Source: Thecamonas trahens ATCC 50062
Lineage: Eukaryota; Protista; Apusomonadida
Assembly: GCF_000142905.1 (NCBI RefSeq)
Contig: NW_013657626.1
Coordinates: 124,001 to 188,000 of the forward strand
DNA: 64,000 bases
Direction: 5' to 3'
Shown here: positions 10,201-20,653 of the stretch, in pieces
How positions within the stretch are numbered: position 1 is the first letter of the stretch
Layout: every line of letters starts with the position of its first letter
The notes under the pieces: model-generated
Seen by the model: the letters and a program-made list of their open reading frames with translations, nothing else
What the model was told of the DNA's origin: nothing
Databases searched by the model: none
Made by a program: the position numbers and the translations under genes

Positions 10201-11193
10201 ACAAAGATCTCGAGCGAGACCTCCTCAGGCTCTGTGGCGATGAGCTCGGGCGTGAAGAGATGCGGCATGCCAAAGGCCTCGGCGAGGGCGTCGATGGCGA
10301 TGTGGTAGCGCTGGCGGGCGGTGACGGCGTCGGAGAGTAGAATCTCCAGCGCAGTGTCGGCATCATCAAAGGCGGCAAGCGAGGACGACGAGTCCGAGTC
10401 GTGCATGTGCGATGGGAGTGAGGCCGAGCTCGCGGCGACAAAGACTGCCACCGGAACGCGATCGATGGTTTGTGGTGCGAGGGCGTGGACAAGGAGGAGC
10501 GCGGCGCGGCCGTCGCGCCACTGCGCGCGAAAGTTGGTCAGCGGCGGGAGAGTGACTGAGGAAGGAAAAGAAGAGAGGGAAAGGAAGGTATGCAGATGAG
10601 CAAGGAGGCGCTGGGAGAAGAGCTGCTCCGAGGCCGAGGCCGAGGCTGCTGATGCGGCCGACCGCGGCGTGGACGCACCCCACGCATGTTTCCCGCCTGT
10701 GAACAGGCGGCGCGAGTAGTAGAAGCGAGCCATCTGGAGAACGGTCCAGATGATTTTCTGGATGTCGCCGTTGAGTATTTCCAGTGGATGGGCCGAGATC
10801 GGGACGCCTGCCGAGCGGACGAGTTTGAGACAGGTTTCCATGTTGTGCTTGCGATGGTCGTCGGTCACTGGGTTGACCACCAGTGGCGCGTCATCGTGAT
10901 TGAACATATCTATCTCCTTGGGCGTGATGATCTGCGCCAGTGCCAGCAAACCCGTCGGATTCCGCAGGTCACTCAGTTCGCCCAAGTGCATGAACCGATC
11001 TTGCAGCATGTAGTTCACCCATTCCCTGTCTCGGTGTTTCGTCATGCAGCGGGTGAGTTCGGGGTGACGCAGGGATGACGTGAGCTGAAGTGAAGGCTGA
11101 CAAGAGCAAAGCGAGAGAGATGAGAGCGTACTTGCAGAGCGACTCGAGTCTGTTCACCCGCCATGCTTCTATCCATCCGTTGAACTTTTCCAT
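7201..11193 (-). CDS. Tandem calponin-homology + coiled-coil + class III adenylyl cyclase protein; intron 11026-11131; probable frameshift ~7460
   Basis: Exon 1 MEKFNG...SLC joins via a GTACGC...ACAG intron to KEWVNYML (CH1 start). CH1 ends ILNGDIQKIIWTVLQMARFY and CH2 is LTNFRAQWRDGRAALLLVH...FGMPHLF. The cyclase motifs are VTLMFTDIQNSTELW, EVKTEGDAFMVAF, RVRIGIHCG and MDYFGPIVNRAARIES. The stop is at 7194 in the given frame or 7201 in the alternative acidic-tail frame. Confidence 0.88.
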
Positions 11194-11805
11194 GGCTCGC
11201 AATCTATGTGGGCAACTGCACTACCCGCCACTGTGTGGAAGGCTGGCTCGGCAGGAGGAGGAGGAGGGGCGGGAAGAAGAAGCTCGGAGTCGAGTTGAGT
11301 GTCTTAGCGCGACCTTGGCCGGGAACTGGCAAAGACGAAGTGTTTTGGATTGGTTTGGGACTGAATCCGGTGGAGTGTTTTTTTTGAGTGGAGGGTGGGG
11401 GGAGAGAACAAATTGGCGGAAGACCGCGGTGGGGTGGTGGGAAGGAGGAAGGGGAGAAAGGAAGAGGAAGGGAGGGAGGGAGGGGGGGGAGGGAGAACGT
11501 GTGTATGTGTGGCTTTGAGTGAGTGTGGCTATGTGTGTAGAAGAGGGGATGATGTTGACGAGTGTGGTGTGGTGTAGTTTAGGATGCTGGGAGGGGAGGA
11601 TGATTCAGTCATCCTTTTTTTTTTAGCCACGAACTGGCTTCCAATGCCGAGCAAGGGTTCCCCCGTGTGGCCTCCCCCTGGCAATGACCGAGCCATGTCA
11701 GCCAGCTGCCTGGCCGTCGTTCACCACACACCACCACACACCACGCACCACCACGCACCACCACCACCACACACCACGCACCACCACGCACCACCACCAC
11801 ACACC

Positions 11806-14424
11806 ATGTCTACCCCCTTACTCACTGCAGCACCTCCCCACAGCCACCCGCACCCGTACTGGGCAGCCGACGACTCGGCCTCGGCCTGCAGTCTCTGCTC
11901 GCGGAGCTTCTCCACCCTCAGACGACGTCACCATTGCCGCACATGCGGCCAGCTGGCCTGTGGCGCATGTGCCGCCACCTTTGCTCCGTTGCCGTGGGCG
12001 GCGAACGAGTCACCACACAGATCGTCGCCCCTGGCATCGCCATCGTCCGTATCACCTGCGGTGGCCGGATCGACCGCGTCGACTACATCGCCGGCGTCGC
12101 AGGCATCGCGGGCATCGTCGTCGGCATCGCCGTCGCTGCTCTCGCTCTCGTCGTATCTTCCCAAGCTGCCGTCGCTTTCATCGCTCTCGCTATCGTCGGG
12201 CGGGGGCAGCGGGAGCGAGAGCGGGAGCGGGGGCGGTGCAGGGAGTGGAGGCGATGCCGGGTCGCTGGTGAGGATGTGTGATACGTGTGTGGGTGTGGTG
12301 GCGGCACTGGATGGCCTGTCAGCGGCGTCATCGACGCCCAAGAAGACGCAGGCGGCTGTGCTGCTGGCGGAGCTTGCGGCGGTCCCGCACTTTGCGTGGG
12401 TCGTCTCCAAGCTTGGCGCGGTCTCTGTCCTGGTCCATGTCCTCCTGGCGTCGTCGGACGAGCACTGCGTGGCGCATTCGGCACTGGCGCTGGCGCGAGT
12501 CTCGTACATGCACTCGAACGCGGTGCTGATCACGGCGCTTGCACCGACGGTGTTTGGCCATCTGACGCGACTGCTGTCGACGGCGTCGCCACCGTCAGTG
12601 GCGGCCGGGTGCGTGGCGCTGAGCCACATGCTCGCCGACAAGGAGATGCGCCGCGCAGCGGCGGCTTGCGGGCTGGCGACACCGTTGCTGCTGGTGCTGG
12701 AGACGCGGGCCAGCGCGCTGCGGGCGGCGGCGTCTGCGGGCGGTAGCAGCTGCTCGCAGGAGACGGACGACTTTCTGGCATCGGTGACACTTGCGGCGCT
12801 GGGCCTGCTGCTGCACGACCCACGGGCGCGGGCAGAGCTTGCGGGCGCTCAGGGTGGGACCGGTCTTCGTGCCTTGGTTGGAGCGCTGCAACCATCGTCT
12901 CGAGCCAGCCTAGAGCAGTCGTTCAAGCTTCTCTCTCGCGGGGCAGGCGCGCTGGCGGCGCTTGCGCGCGACGAGTCGCTGGCGATGCTGGGCGAGCTGG
13001 TTACGGCCGGGGCACTGGAGGCGCTGGGGCGGGCGCTGCATCTCGCGCTCGAGCTTCTGGGCGGGGCGCTCGCCGCCGGGCGGCGCGGCGAGCCGTACAT
13101 TGCGGCACTGCGAGTGACGACTCAGGCACTAGCCCTGCTAGCGCGGTCGCCGGTGGCGGTCTCTGCGCTGGCGGCGCTCGCCGAGTCGAGCGGTGGCGCA
13201 GCGTTCGAGTCGATGGCATCGCCTGCAGCGATGGAGTGGTCGATGCACCACACACTGGCGCAGCTGATGGGCTTCCCGGGTGGACTTGCACACGCCACGC
13301 TGGTGCTCAACGATGACGACCGGGCCAAGCTGGCACTAGCGGCGGAGGCGATGGTGACGCACCCGTTTGTGACAGTGCAGGTCCTTGCGCTGCTGACGTT
13401 GGCAGCGCAACAGGGCTCAGCCTTTGTCCTTCCATTTGTGCGGGTGGTGAGCCGGCTGCTGTCCGAGACCGCGCACCCTGCGGTGTTTGCGGCGGCAGCT
13501 GTGGCGCTGACAGCAATGGTTGAGCACTGCGTCTCGACCGAGATCGACGAGGACGGCGAGGCCGTGTCGGTCGGCATGCTGGCGGTCTACGGCGGGGTGC
13601 TGAGCCATCTCTCGGCGCACCTTGTGGAGGCCGGCGAGGAGGGCTCGCCGGTCCATGCGCTGGCGCTCCTCGCATCGCTCGCATTTGAGAGTAGCGCTCG
13701 GGCGGCGATTGTGCGGACGGCGCCGATCATGGACGGCGTGGTGGCGCTCGCGCACTCGCTGGACACGGCGCCGCCGCACACAGCGGTGCTTGCGCGAACG
13801 GTGGCGCTGTTGGGGTGCTCTGTACCGGCGGCGCTGCACCTGGTCCATGCAGGAGTGGGCGGCGACCTTGTGGAGGCTGCGGCGAGTGCGGGAGCCGGAG
13901 CGCGGGTGATGATCCTCCTTGCGCTGGCCTCGCTGCTGCACTCGGCCGGGCCGAGTGCGGATGGGCTCGAAGACGGCCTGCACCTGGTAGAGTCTGCCAG
14001 CGGACAGTGGCGCGACGGCGGCGGGCGTGACGCGCTGGATGCGGCGCCTGAACTTGCGGCGGATGTGCTCGAGACGGCGTTGCGAGCGCTGGCACACGCG
14101 CGCGACCGGGTCATCCGAGTCTTTGCGCTCGAGATTGTGGTCCTCGCGCTCGAGGCTGTCGGCGGCGAGGCTGGCCCCGAGTCGCTTGCGGCGGCAGCCA
14201 AGATGGCGCTCGGCCTCGCAGGCACGGTCTCGCGGCACGTGCTGTTTGGCGTGGGACGGGTGCTTGTGGCGACGGCGGCAAGCGGCGGGCCAGGAGAGGC
14301 CGTGCTGCGCGGCGATAGGCGGGCGGTACGGGCGGTGGATGCACTCGAGGCCTCACACTACGCTGATCTCCGCGGGCTCGGGGCCGAGCTCCGGCGGGTG
14401 GTGGAGAACGGGTGCGAAGGCTGA
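11806..14424 (+). CDS. FYVE zinc finger + armadillo/HEAT-like repeat protein
   Basis: WAADD..CSLC..FSTLRRRHHCRTCGQLACGAC...VRMCDTC is a FYVE domain with a long Ser/Gly insertion. It is followed by Ala/Leu-rich helical repeats. The ATG follows a CAC-rich leader. Confidence 0.85.
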   Translation: MSTPLLTAAPPHSHPHPYWAADDSASACSLCSRSFSTLRRRHHCRTCGQLACGACAATFAPLPWAANESPHRSSPLASPSSVSPAVAGSTASTTSPASQASRASSSASPSLLSLSSYLPKLPSLSSLSLSSGGGSGSESGSGGGAGSGGDAGSLVRMCDTCVGVVAALDGLSAASSTPKKTQAAVLLAELAAVPHFAWVVSKLGAVSVLVHVLLASSDEHCVAHSALALARVSYMHSNAVLITALAPTVFGHLTRLLSTASPPSVAAGCVALSHMLADKEMRRAAAACGLATPLLLVLETRASALRAAASAGGSSCSQETDDFLASVTLAALGLLLHDPRARAELAGAQGGTGLRALVGALQPSSRASLEQSFKLLSRGAGALAALARDESLAMLGELVTAGALEALGRALHLALELLGGALAAGRRGEPYIAALRVTTQALALLARSPVAVSALAALAESSGGAAFESMASPAAMEWSMHHTLAQLMGFPGGLAHATLVLNDDDRAKLALAAEAMVTHPFVTVQVLALLTLAAQQGSAFVLPFVRVVSRLLSETAHPAVFAAAAVALTAMVEHCVSTEIDEDGEAVSVGMLAVYGGVLSHLSAHLVEAGEEGSPVHALALLASLAFESSARAAIVRTAPIMDGVVALAHSLDTAPPHTAVLARTVALLGCSVPAALHLVHAGVGGDLVEAAASAGAGARVMILLALASLLHSAGPSADGLEDGLHLVESASGQWRDGGGRDALDAAPELAADVLETALRALAHARDRVIRVFALEIVVLALEAVGGEAGPESLAAAAKMALGLAGTVSRHVLFGVGRVLVATAASGGPGEAVLRGDRRAVRAVDALEASHYADLRGLGAELRRVVENGCEG

Positions 14425-14457
14425 GGCCGAGGCCGTGGCTGTGGGGAGTTTACGTCG

Positions 14458-15393
14458 TCAGTCGAGTGACTCGAGGATGGCGAGACGTGAGAGGACGGTC
14501 TCCTTGGACGTCTCCATGATCTCGCCGGCAAGTACGATCTCGTCGAGGACTGCGTAGCACTTCCAGAAGTTGTAGACGAGGTCGAGCTCGCAGACGTTGC
14601 CGAAAAAGGCATCCAGGGCCTCGACAAAGAAGTGAATGAGCTCGAGAGCGCGAGCTCGTTGTCCGAGACGTCAACGCATGCGACAAAGTACAGCGAGGCG
14701 TATGCGTTGTAGATGATGCGGTAGTTGGTCCACTCGAGAAAGTTGCTCATGGCCAGCGGGCGGGATGTGACAAGGCGATGGACCTCTGCCACTACCTTTG
14801 CCTTTTCCTCCTCGGCGTAGGGCGTGAACCACCGGGCCATGCGGACCTTTGCAGCTGTGTTGAACACGAGGACCCAGTGCAGCTGATGGTGGGCGGTAGA
14901 GGACCATGGATGGTGAAAGAGAGAGAAAGAGAGAGAGAGAGAGAGAGTGTGTGTATGTGTGTGAGTTGTCACCAGGTGATGGTGGTGGTCTGCTTGCCTC
15001 ACGACAACACCCACCGCAGTACCCCCCCTCCCTGTTCCTCCCGTCGAGGCAACAATTCCCACCAACACCACAGGTGCCCCTCCCCCCCCCTTTCCCACCC
15101 ACCTGGGATAGGGGGGGTAGTGGGCTACGGACTACGGGGGCGGGGGAGGTAGGGGAGACCACACACAGTCCGCCCTCCTGTTCCTGTCCCCCTTCCCCGC
15201 CCCTTCCCCCACCCTCTCCCTGCCCTCTCCCTGCCCCCTCCCTTCCTTCCCCGCTCTCTCCCTGCCCCCCTCCCCCTCCCCTCCTCCCTTCCCTCCCCCT
15301 GCCCGCCCTCCCGTTCATGGAACACAACCACACACTGCCCCCTCCCCCCCTCCCCCCCCCGCCCCCACCATCCCCTCTCCCCTTGCTTACCAT
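14458..15393 (-). CDS. Adaptor protein complex small (sigma) subunit, AP-2-like; ATG-only first exon, intron 14883-15390; frameshift ~14650
   Basis: [19 protein letters not shown]...[11 protein letters not shown]...DNELA / [48 protein letters not shown] is a typical sigma-adaptin. There is an ATG|GTAAG donor at 15393-15386 and a CAG acceptor at 14883. Confidence 0.85.
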
Positions 15394-15407
15394 GGTGCGC
15401 GGTTGAT

Positions 15408-15765
15408 NNNNNNNNNNNNNNNNNNNNNNNNNNNNNNNNNNNNNNNNNNNNNNNNNNNNNNNNNNNNNNNNNNNNNNNNNNNNNNNNNNNNNNNNNNNNN
15501 NNNNNNNNNNNNNNNNNNNNNNNNNNNNNNNNNNNNNNNNNNNNNNNNNNNNNNNNNNNNNNNNNNNNNNNNNNNNNNNNNNNNNNNNNNNNNNNNNNNN
15601 NNNNNNNNNNNNNNNNNNNNNNNNNNNNNNNNNNNNNNNNNNNNNNNNNNNNNNNNNNNNNNNNNNNNNNNNNNNNNNNNNNNNNNNNNNNNNNNNNNNN
15701 NNNNNNNNNNNNNNNNNNNNNNNNNNNNNNNNNNNNNNNNNNNNNNNNNNNNNNNNNNNNNNNNN
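15408..15765. other. Assembly gap (others at 19977-20516, 34422-34521, 45278-45377)
   Basis: N runs, each adjacent to poly-C or poly-G tracts. Confidence 0.99.
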
Positions 15766-16132
15766 CACAACCACACACTGCCCCTCCCCCCTCCCCCCCC
15801 GCCCCCCACCACTCCCCTCTCCCTGCTACCATGGTGCGCGGTCGCAGTGCGGTGTTCTCCCTGTCCCCCCCCCCCCCCCGCCCCCCCCCCCACCCCCCTT
15901 CTCCCCGCCCGCCCGTCTGGAGGCAATGCGGCAGGTCGCCAAAGGGTGTCGGGGGGTCGGGTGCCGCATGGAAATCGGAAGGTCATGGGCTGGGACAGGC
16001 CATCGCCATCCATCGCCCTGGGGCAGGCCATCACAGTGGAACAGGGACCGACAATCGCGCCTGCTTGCGCACGCTACGCTGTCTTTGGCCGGACGAAAAG
16101 AGGCCGGGGTTTATGGGTGGGCATGCTTGGCC

Positions 16133-16952
16133 TTACTCGGCCTTGATGGCCAGGGTGTTCTCCTCGCGGAAGAAGCGGGCAAAGGCGCCGGCGCCGAGCG
16201 CCGCCATGAGGGCGGCAAGCCGGATCTGGGCCTTTTGCTCGGGAACAGCGACAAACTTGTCGAGGACGGGCGAGCAGGCCAGAAGCATGGAGCCCTTGAT
16301 ACCGTAGATAAGCATGCGCCAGAAGCCGGCGCCCGAGGCCATGTTCGACGGCTTGGCCGCGCCTGCGTTGTACAGGCCCGAGACAAGCAGTGCCACCACT
16401 GCGTACATCATCGACGCCGAAGACGGCTGCGCCACAGAATCGTATGCCGCAGGCACAAAGAACGGGTACGCCGTCGCCCCGATGAGGAACGAGCCCGAGC
16501 TGCAGTTGCCTCACCGCCCAAGACATGTTCACCATGTTGTGCACCATGGTCGATCAACGCACCGGTCACCAACCAGCAGACCAGAGGGCAGCGCACCAGA
16601 GTGTACACCACATAGCACACCAGAGAGCAGCGTAGCGCACCAGATAGTAGCAGACCAGAGTGGACACCACAAAGCACACCAGAGGGCAGCGCACCAGACA
16701 GTACACATCGAACACCAGACAGCCAGAATCAGTATCAACCGCGATCAACCCAGCCCAACCCCACGCCACGCCGGATCACCCAGCCACGCACCACCCCGCC
16801 ATGCCAGCCAGGCCCGCCACAGCCACACCCCCAACCCCAGTGAGTCCACCCAGCCCCCTCCCCCTCCCCCCTCCCCCCCTCCCCCCCTTCCTGTCTGTGT
16901 GCACATACCTGAGGTGAACCACCCGTGAGACCCAGTTGAAGAAGTTGACCAT
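16133..16952 (-). CDS. Small multi-pass membrane protein (~136 aa), two exons; intron 16500-16908
   Basis: MVNFFNWVSRVVHL joins via GTATGT...TGCAG to SSGSFLIGATAYPFF...LLVSGLYN...LIYGIKGSMLL. Frame is preserved across the intron. About four hydrophobic helices in a CopD-like pattern. Confidence 0.7.
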
Positions 16953-17361
16953 AGTGTTGGTGAGTGCTGTGTGCCGTCGCGCCGTCGCGTCCGTCTCCGT
17001 CTCTGTCTCCGACTCCGCCTCGGACCTCCGCCTCGGACCGCACACTCTCGCTTGGCGATACCGAGTGGCCAGAAGTGTGCCTATGCCCTCGTTCACACGA
17101 CATCGGCTCCGAGTTTGATTGATGACATGTCTGTCCAAGTGTTGCCTGCGGTTACCAATGACTGATGCACGGGTGCACGGACGTGGAGCGGGCCTTTGCC
17201 TGCGATCGCTCCCTACACAGCTCGCGACACCCGCGAGGACAGCTCGATGCTTACTGCAGAGGTGCGCTTTCGACACCGATTGGCCGGCTTGTGGTGGCTA
17301 TGACAGGGGAGAGGGCTTAGTTACGTTTTGCACTGTTCACATTGAGGATCGGTTCGAGAGG

Positions 17362-19635
17362 CTAACCCCAAAGCGCATTCATGGCCTCGCTCCAAGAGCC
17401 CTGCGGAATGGCGGCCTTGGCGTCGCCGCCGCGGGCCTCGATGATGGCGTCAAAGATATCCATCCAGTCCTCCTTGAGCTGGAAAAGGACGCGCTCGTTG
17501 TCCTTGCGCATGGCTGCGGAGACGGCGTCGAGATCGGTCGACTCGATCTTGGCAATGAGGTCGTCCCACGAGTCGTAGTGCACAATGTTGGGCCACTGGT
17601 AAAAGTCGCCATACTGGAACCAGTACTCCATGGCTTCGCGCGTCACCTCGTCGTTGGGGTCGTAGTGAGTCCCAGTGTACTGCGGATGCCGCGCGACGTC
17701 TGACTTGGCCTCGCGCTGCCCGGTGTACACCCGCTTGAACGTCCGCTGGTTGACCACGCCGTGCTGGAGGTCGAGATCGACGAGGAACTTGACTGACGGG
17801 AAGAACATGGGCATGGCCATCCGCGCCGCCTCGAAGATTGACATGGTCGACAGCTGGTACGGTGCCGGATACACCAGCGCTGGATGCTTGACCAGGTCTG
17901 CGTACTCGTAGTGGCCAGGGTACACCTCGCGCACGTCCTTGATCACCACCGAGGTCCCGGCCCGCTTGTTGGCAGCCGCAATCTCCGCCCGCACCATCTC
18001 GGCGCCCTGCAGGATTTTGCCGGACAGCAGCTCCGGATGGGTGGTGGGCTCGGGCGCATACATGACGCCGGTGTAGTTGCAGAACGACGGGAGGATCTTG
18101 ACCTCGTCGAGCCCGGTAAAGTACTTGACATACTCGGCATCGTACGCGTTGTTCGAGATGATCCGGTGCTGCTTCTTGCTCGCGATCCGGCGCACGTTCT
18201 TGATCCACGCTGTCCACGCCCCAGGCTCTTCACGCCCGAGCTCAAACCGGGTCGACGGCGCCACAATGAGCGACTTGTTGAACGGCATGAAAAGCTCGCA
18301 CATTGACGACGGGTGGAAGCAGAGGAAGGCGTCGACCGAGGCCATGATCGGATCGGCCTTGTACGCGTCGAAGAACTTGGCCTTGAGCCCGTCGCCGCCG
18401 TTGAGGTTCATCCCGTTGTGCTTGCTCAGCACCTTGAGGTCGCTCGCGCATGAGCCGGTCATGTGGCAGTGGCCCGAGAGTGACTTTTCGATCACCTTGA
18501 TGCCCCACTCGGCAAACAGGTGCTTGACATCCTTCGTCGGCGAGATGTGAAAGTCGTTGGACCAGAACACAAGATCCTTGTACATGTGCTTGTAAGGGCG
18601 CGGTTTGGGCTTGAGCCTGCCAGCGTTTCCGCCGGAACTCGTCTTGCCGGGCTTACCCTTTCCGCCTCCGGTCGTCTTCCCACTACCCTTGCTCGTCCAC
18701 CCTTCCGAGCTTGATCCGTAGCGGCTGCCGCCCATGCTGGCCGAGCTGGACGCTGGTCCACTGCCCGTGCTTGAGTGGGTCCCGCTCTGCATGCCATGGG
18801 CGCGGAAGATCGTCCACGGGCTCCTACCATGGGTCTGCGGCGTGAGCTCGGTCTGCCGCCACTGCGGACCGAGCGCAGACGCCGAGAGCTTGCCGGCCAC
18901 CGCCACCTTTGCATTCCAGCACTTGGAGTCGTGCGAGAGTATGTTGGTCAGCAGCGGCAGTTGGTCCGGCCGAACGACAATGAGCGCCAGCGCGACGTCG
19001 GCAGCCTCGCACATTCCGCGCGTCCAGTGCGAGAGCGTCCTTGGCGGCACATCGGCCACCACCAGGCCGAGGCCGGACCGAGTCTTGGCCACCACCATGC
19101 ACTCGTCGCCCTCACACTCGTGGATGGCGACATCAACGCTACTCGCAACCGCAGCACCAGCGTCTGCGCCCGCCACCGCCACCAGCCGGAGATGCGAGAG
19201 ATCGAGAGCAGAGTGCCTGGCTGTGCCGACGCCGACGCCGCTGGCGACCAGCTCCACCACCGGCTTCACATCTCCACGCAGATCAAGAACAATCGAGTCC
19301 ATACCTGCCGCAATCCTCGCCGAGTGTGCGCCTGTTGCTCCCAGCACGCCGGCCACGATCTCGCCCAGCCCACCAGCAACCTCTGGCTGCGAGCCGAGGA
19401 CCGAGGGCCTCTCGTCGACCGGCGAGGCGAGGAAGAATACAAAGCCTAGAAGGACCAGCAGCACTCCAGCCAGATTGTACTTTGCCCCAGCCGACCAGCC
19501 GCTGCCAGTCGCAGCCCCCACCGGTCCAGCACCGCTTCTCGGCGGCCCTGCCCCACCGCCACCGCCACCGCCACCGCCACCGCCACCGCCGCCACGACCA
19601 TTGGCAGCCTCGCAACCACCACCAGGCCCAGACAT
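17362..19635 (-). CDS. Type II membrane protein with putative glycosyltransferase-like luminal domain
   Basis: N-terminal signal anchor (LAGVLLVLLGFVFFLA), a stem, then a globular domain with DFHISP, CFHPSSMCELF, STRFELGR, PYQLSTMSIFEAARMAMPMFFPS and DFYQWPNIVHYDSW. The E..xxxxP motif resembles GT-B enzymes. Confidence 0.6.
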   Translation of the reverse strand: MSGPGGGCEAANGRGGGGGGGGGGGGGGAGPPRSGAGPVGAATGSGWSAGAKYNLAGVLLVLLGFVFFLASPVDERPSVLGSQPEVAGGLGEIVAGVLGATGAHSARIAAGMDSIVLDLRGDVKPVVELVASGVGVGTARHSALDLSHLRLVAVAGADAGAAVASSVDVAIHECEGDECMVVAKTRSGLGLVVADVPPRTLSHWTRGMCEAADVALALIVVRPDQLPLLTNILSHDSKCWNAKVAVAGKLSASALGPQWRQTELTPQTHGRSPWTIFRAHGMQSGTHSSTGSGPASSSASMGGSRYGSSSEGWTSKGSGKTTGGGKGKPGKTSSGGNAGRLKPKPRPYKHMYKDLVFWSNDFHISPTKDVKHLFAEWGIKVIEKSLSGHCHMTGSCASDLKVLSKHNGMNLNGGDGLKAKFFDAYKADPIMASVDAFLCFHPSSMCELFMPFNKSLIVAPSTRFELGREEPGAWTAWIKNVRRIASKKQHRIISNNAYDAEYVKYFTGLDEVKILPSFCNYTGVMYAPEPTTHPELLSGKILQGAEMVRAEIAAANKRAGTSVVIKDVREVYPGHYEYADLVKHPALVYPAPYQLSTMSIFEAARMAMPMFFPSVKFLVDLDLQHGVVNQRTFKRVYTGQREAKSDVARHPQYTGTHYDPNDEVTREAMEYWFQYGDFYQWPNIVHYDSWDDLIAKIESTDLDAVSAAMRKDNERVLFQLKEDWMDIFDAIIEARGGDAKAAIPQGSWSEAMNALWG

Positions 19636-20653
19636 TTGGTTGCGTTCACGCACCTGGGACGTGTGCATACTCGTTGCTTGTAGCTCAGAGTTGTGTGTTG
19701 GTGTGGTGCCTCCTCACCTTGCTCCCTTGCCCCCTTGCCCCTCCCCCTCCCTTCCTTGCCCCGCAGTCTCAACATGGGATCGCCACGTACTGGCCACGGA
19801 CACATCGCTGTTTGCCACGCAGGCAGCCGTCGGTCGCTCCTGCCATTTATCATTGCACTCGCCCACCTCTTCCACCTCAAGTACCCGCCTACAACCACTC
19901 GGATCAAATATCACAGCCTGGTAGCCGGGATTGTGCTCGTCTTTATGCTGCCGCTGCTTCAGTTCTCCCCATCATCNNNNNNNNNNNNNNNNNNNNNNNN
20001 NNNNNNNNNNNNNNNNNNNNNNNNNNNNNNNNNNNNNNNNNNNNNNNNNNNNNNNNNNNNNNNNNNNNNNNNNNNNNNNNNNNNNNNNNNNNNNNNNNNN
20101 NNNNNNNNNNNNNNNNNNNNNNNNNNNNNNNNNNNNNNNNNNNNNNNNNNNNNNNNNNNNNNNNNNNNNNNNNNNNNNNNNNNNNNNNNNNNNNNNNNNN
20201 NNNNNNNNNNNNNNNNNNNNNNNNNNNNNNNNNNNNNNNNNNNNNNNNNNNNNNNNNNNNNNNNNNNNNNNNNNNNNNNNNNNNNNNNNNNNNNNNNNNN
20301 NNNNNNNNNNNNNNNNNNNNNNNNNNNNNNNNNNNNNNNNNNNNNNNNNNNNNNNNNNNNNNNNNNNNNNNNNNNNNNNNNNNNNNNNNNNNNNNNNNNN
20401 NNNNNNNNNNNNNNNNNNNNNNNNNNNNNNNNNNNNNNNNNNNNNNNNNNNNNNNNNNNNNNNNNNNNNNNNNNNNNNNNNNNNNNNNNNNNNNNNNNNN
20501 NNNNNNNNNNNNNNNNACTTAACTACTACCTCCTCCCTCCCTCCCTCCCTCCCTCCCTCCCTCCCTCCCCCCTCCCCCCCCCCCCCCCCCCCCCGCCCTC
20601 TCGCCCCCCGCCCCATCCCCTCATCATTCCCCACCGACATACCCACCCTCGCC

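Noticed and set aside
14883-14908. Possible 22-nt micro-intron (ATG|GTCCTC...CAG) in the AP sigma gene, and an 18-nt GT..AG at ~43544-43561
   Set aside because: A far better ATG|GTAAG donor exists at 15390. Other introns here are 100-500 nt, and the second case lies in a decayed element.
15323-15843. Direct repeat flanking the N-gap (15323-15403 vs 15766-15843), resembling LTRs or a tandem duplication
   Set aside because: The two copies are the same poly-C-rich sequence with indels at contig ends, so this is most likely an unmerged contig overlap.
19931-20653. ORF-track extensions across N gaps (e.g. the 1636-aa ORF from 19931)
   Set aside because: These are artefacts of translating Ns; the true start is taken at the signal-peptide ATG at 20654.
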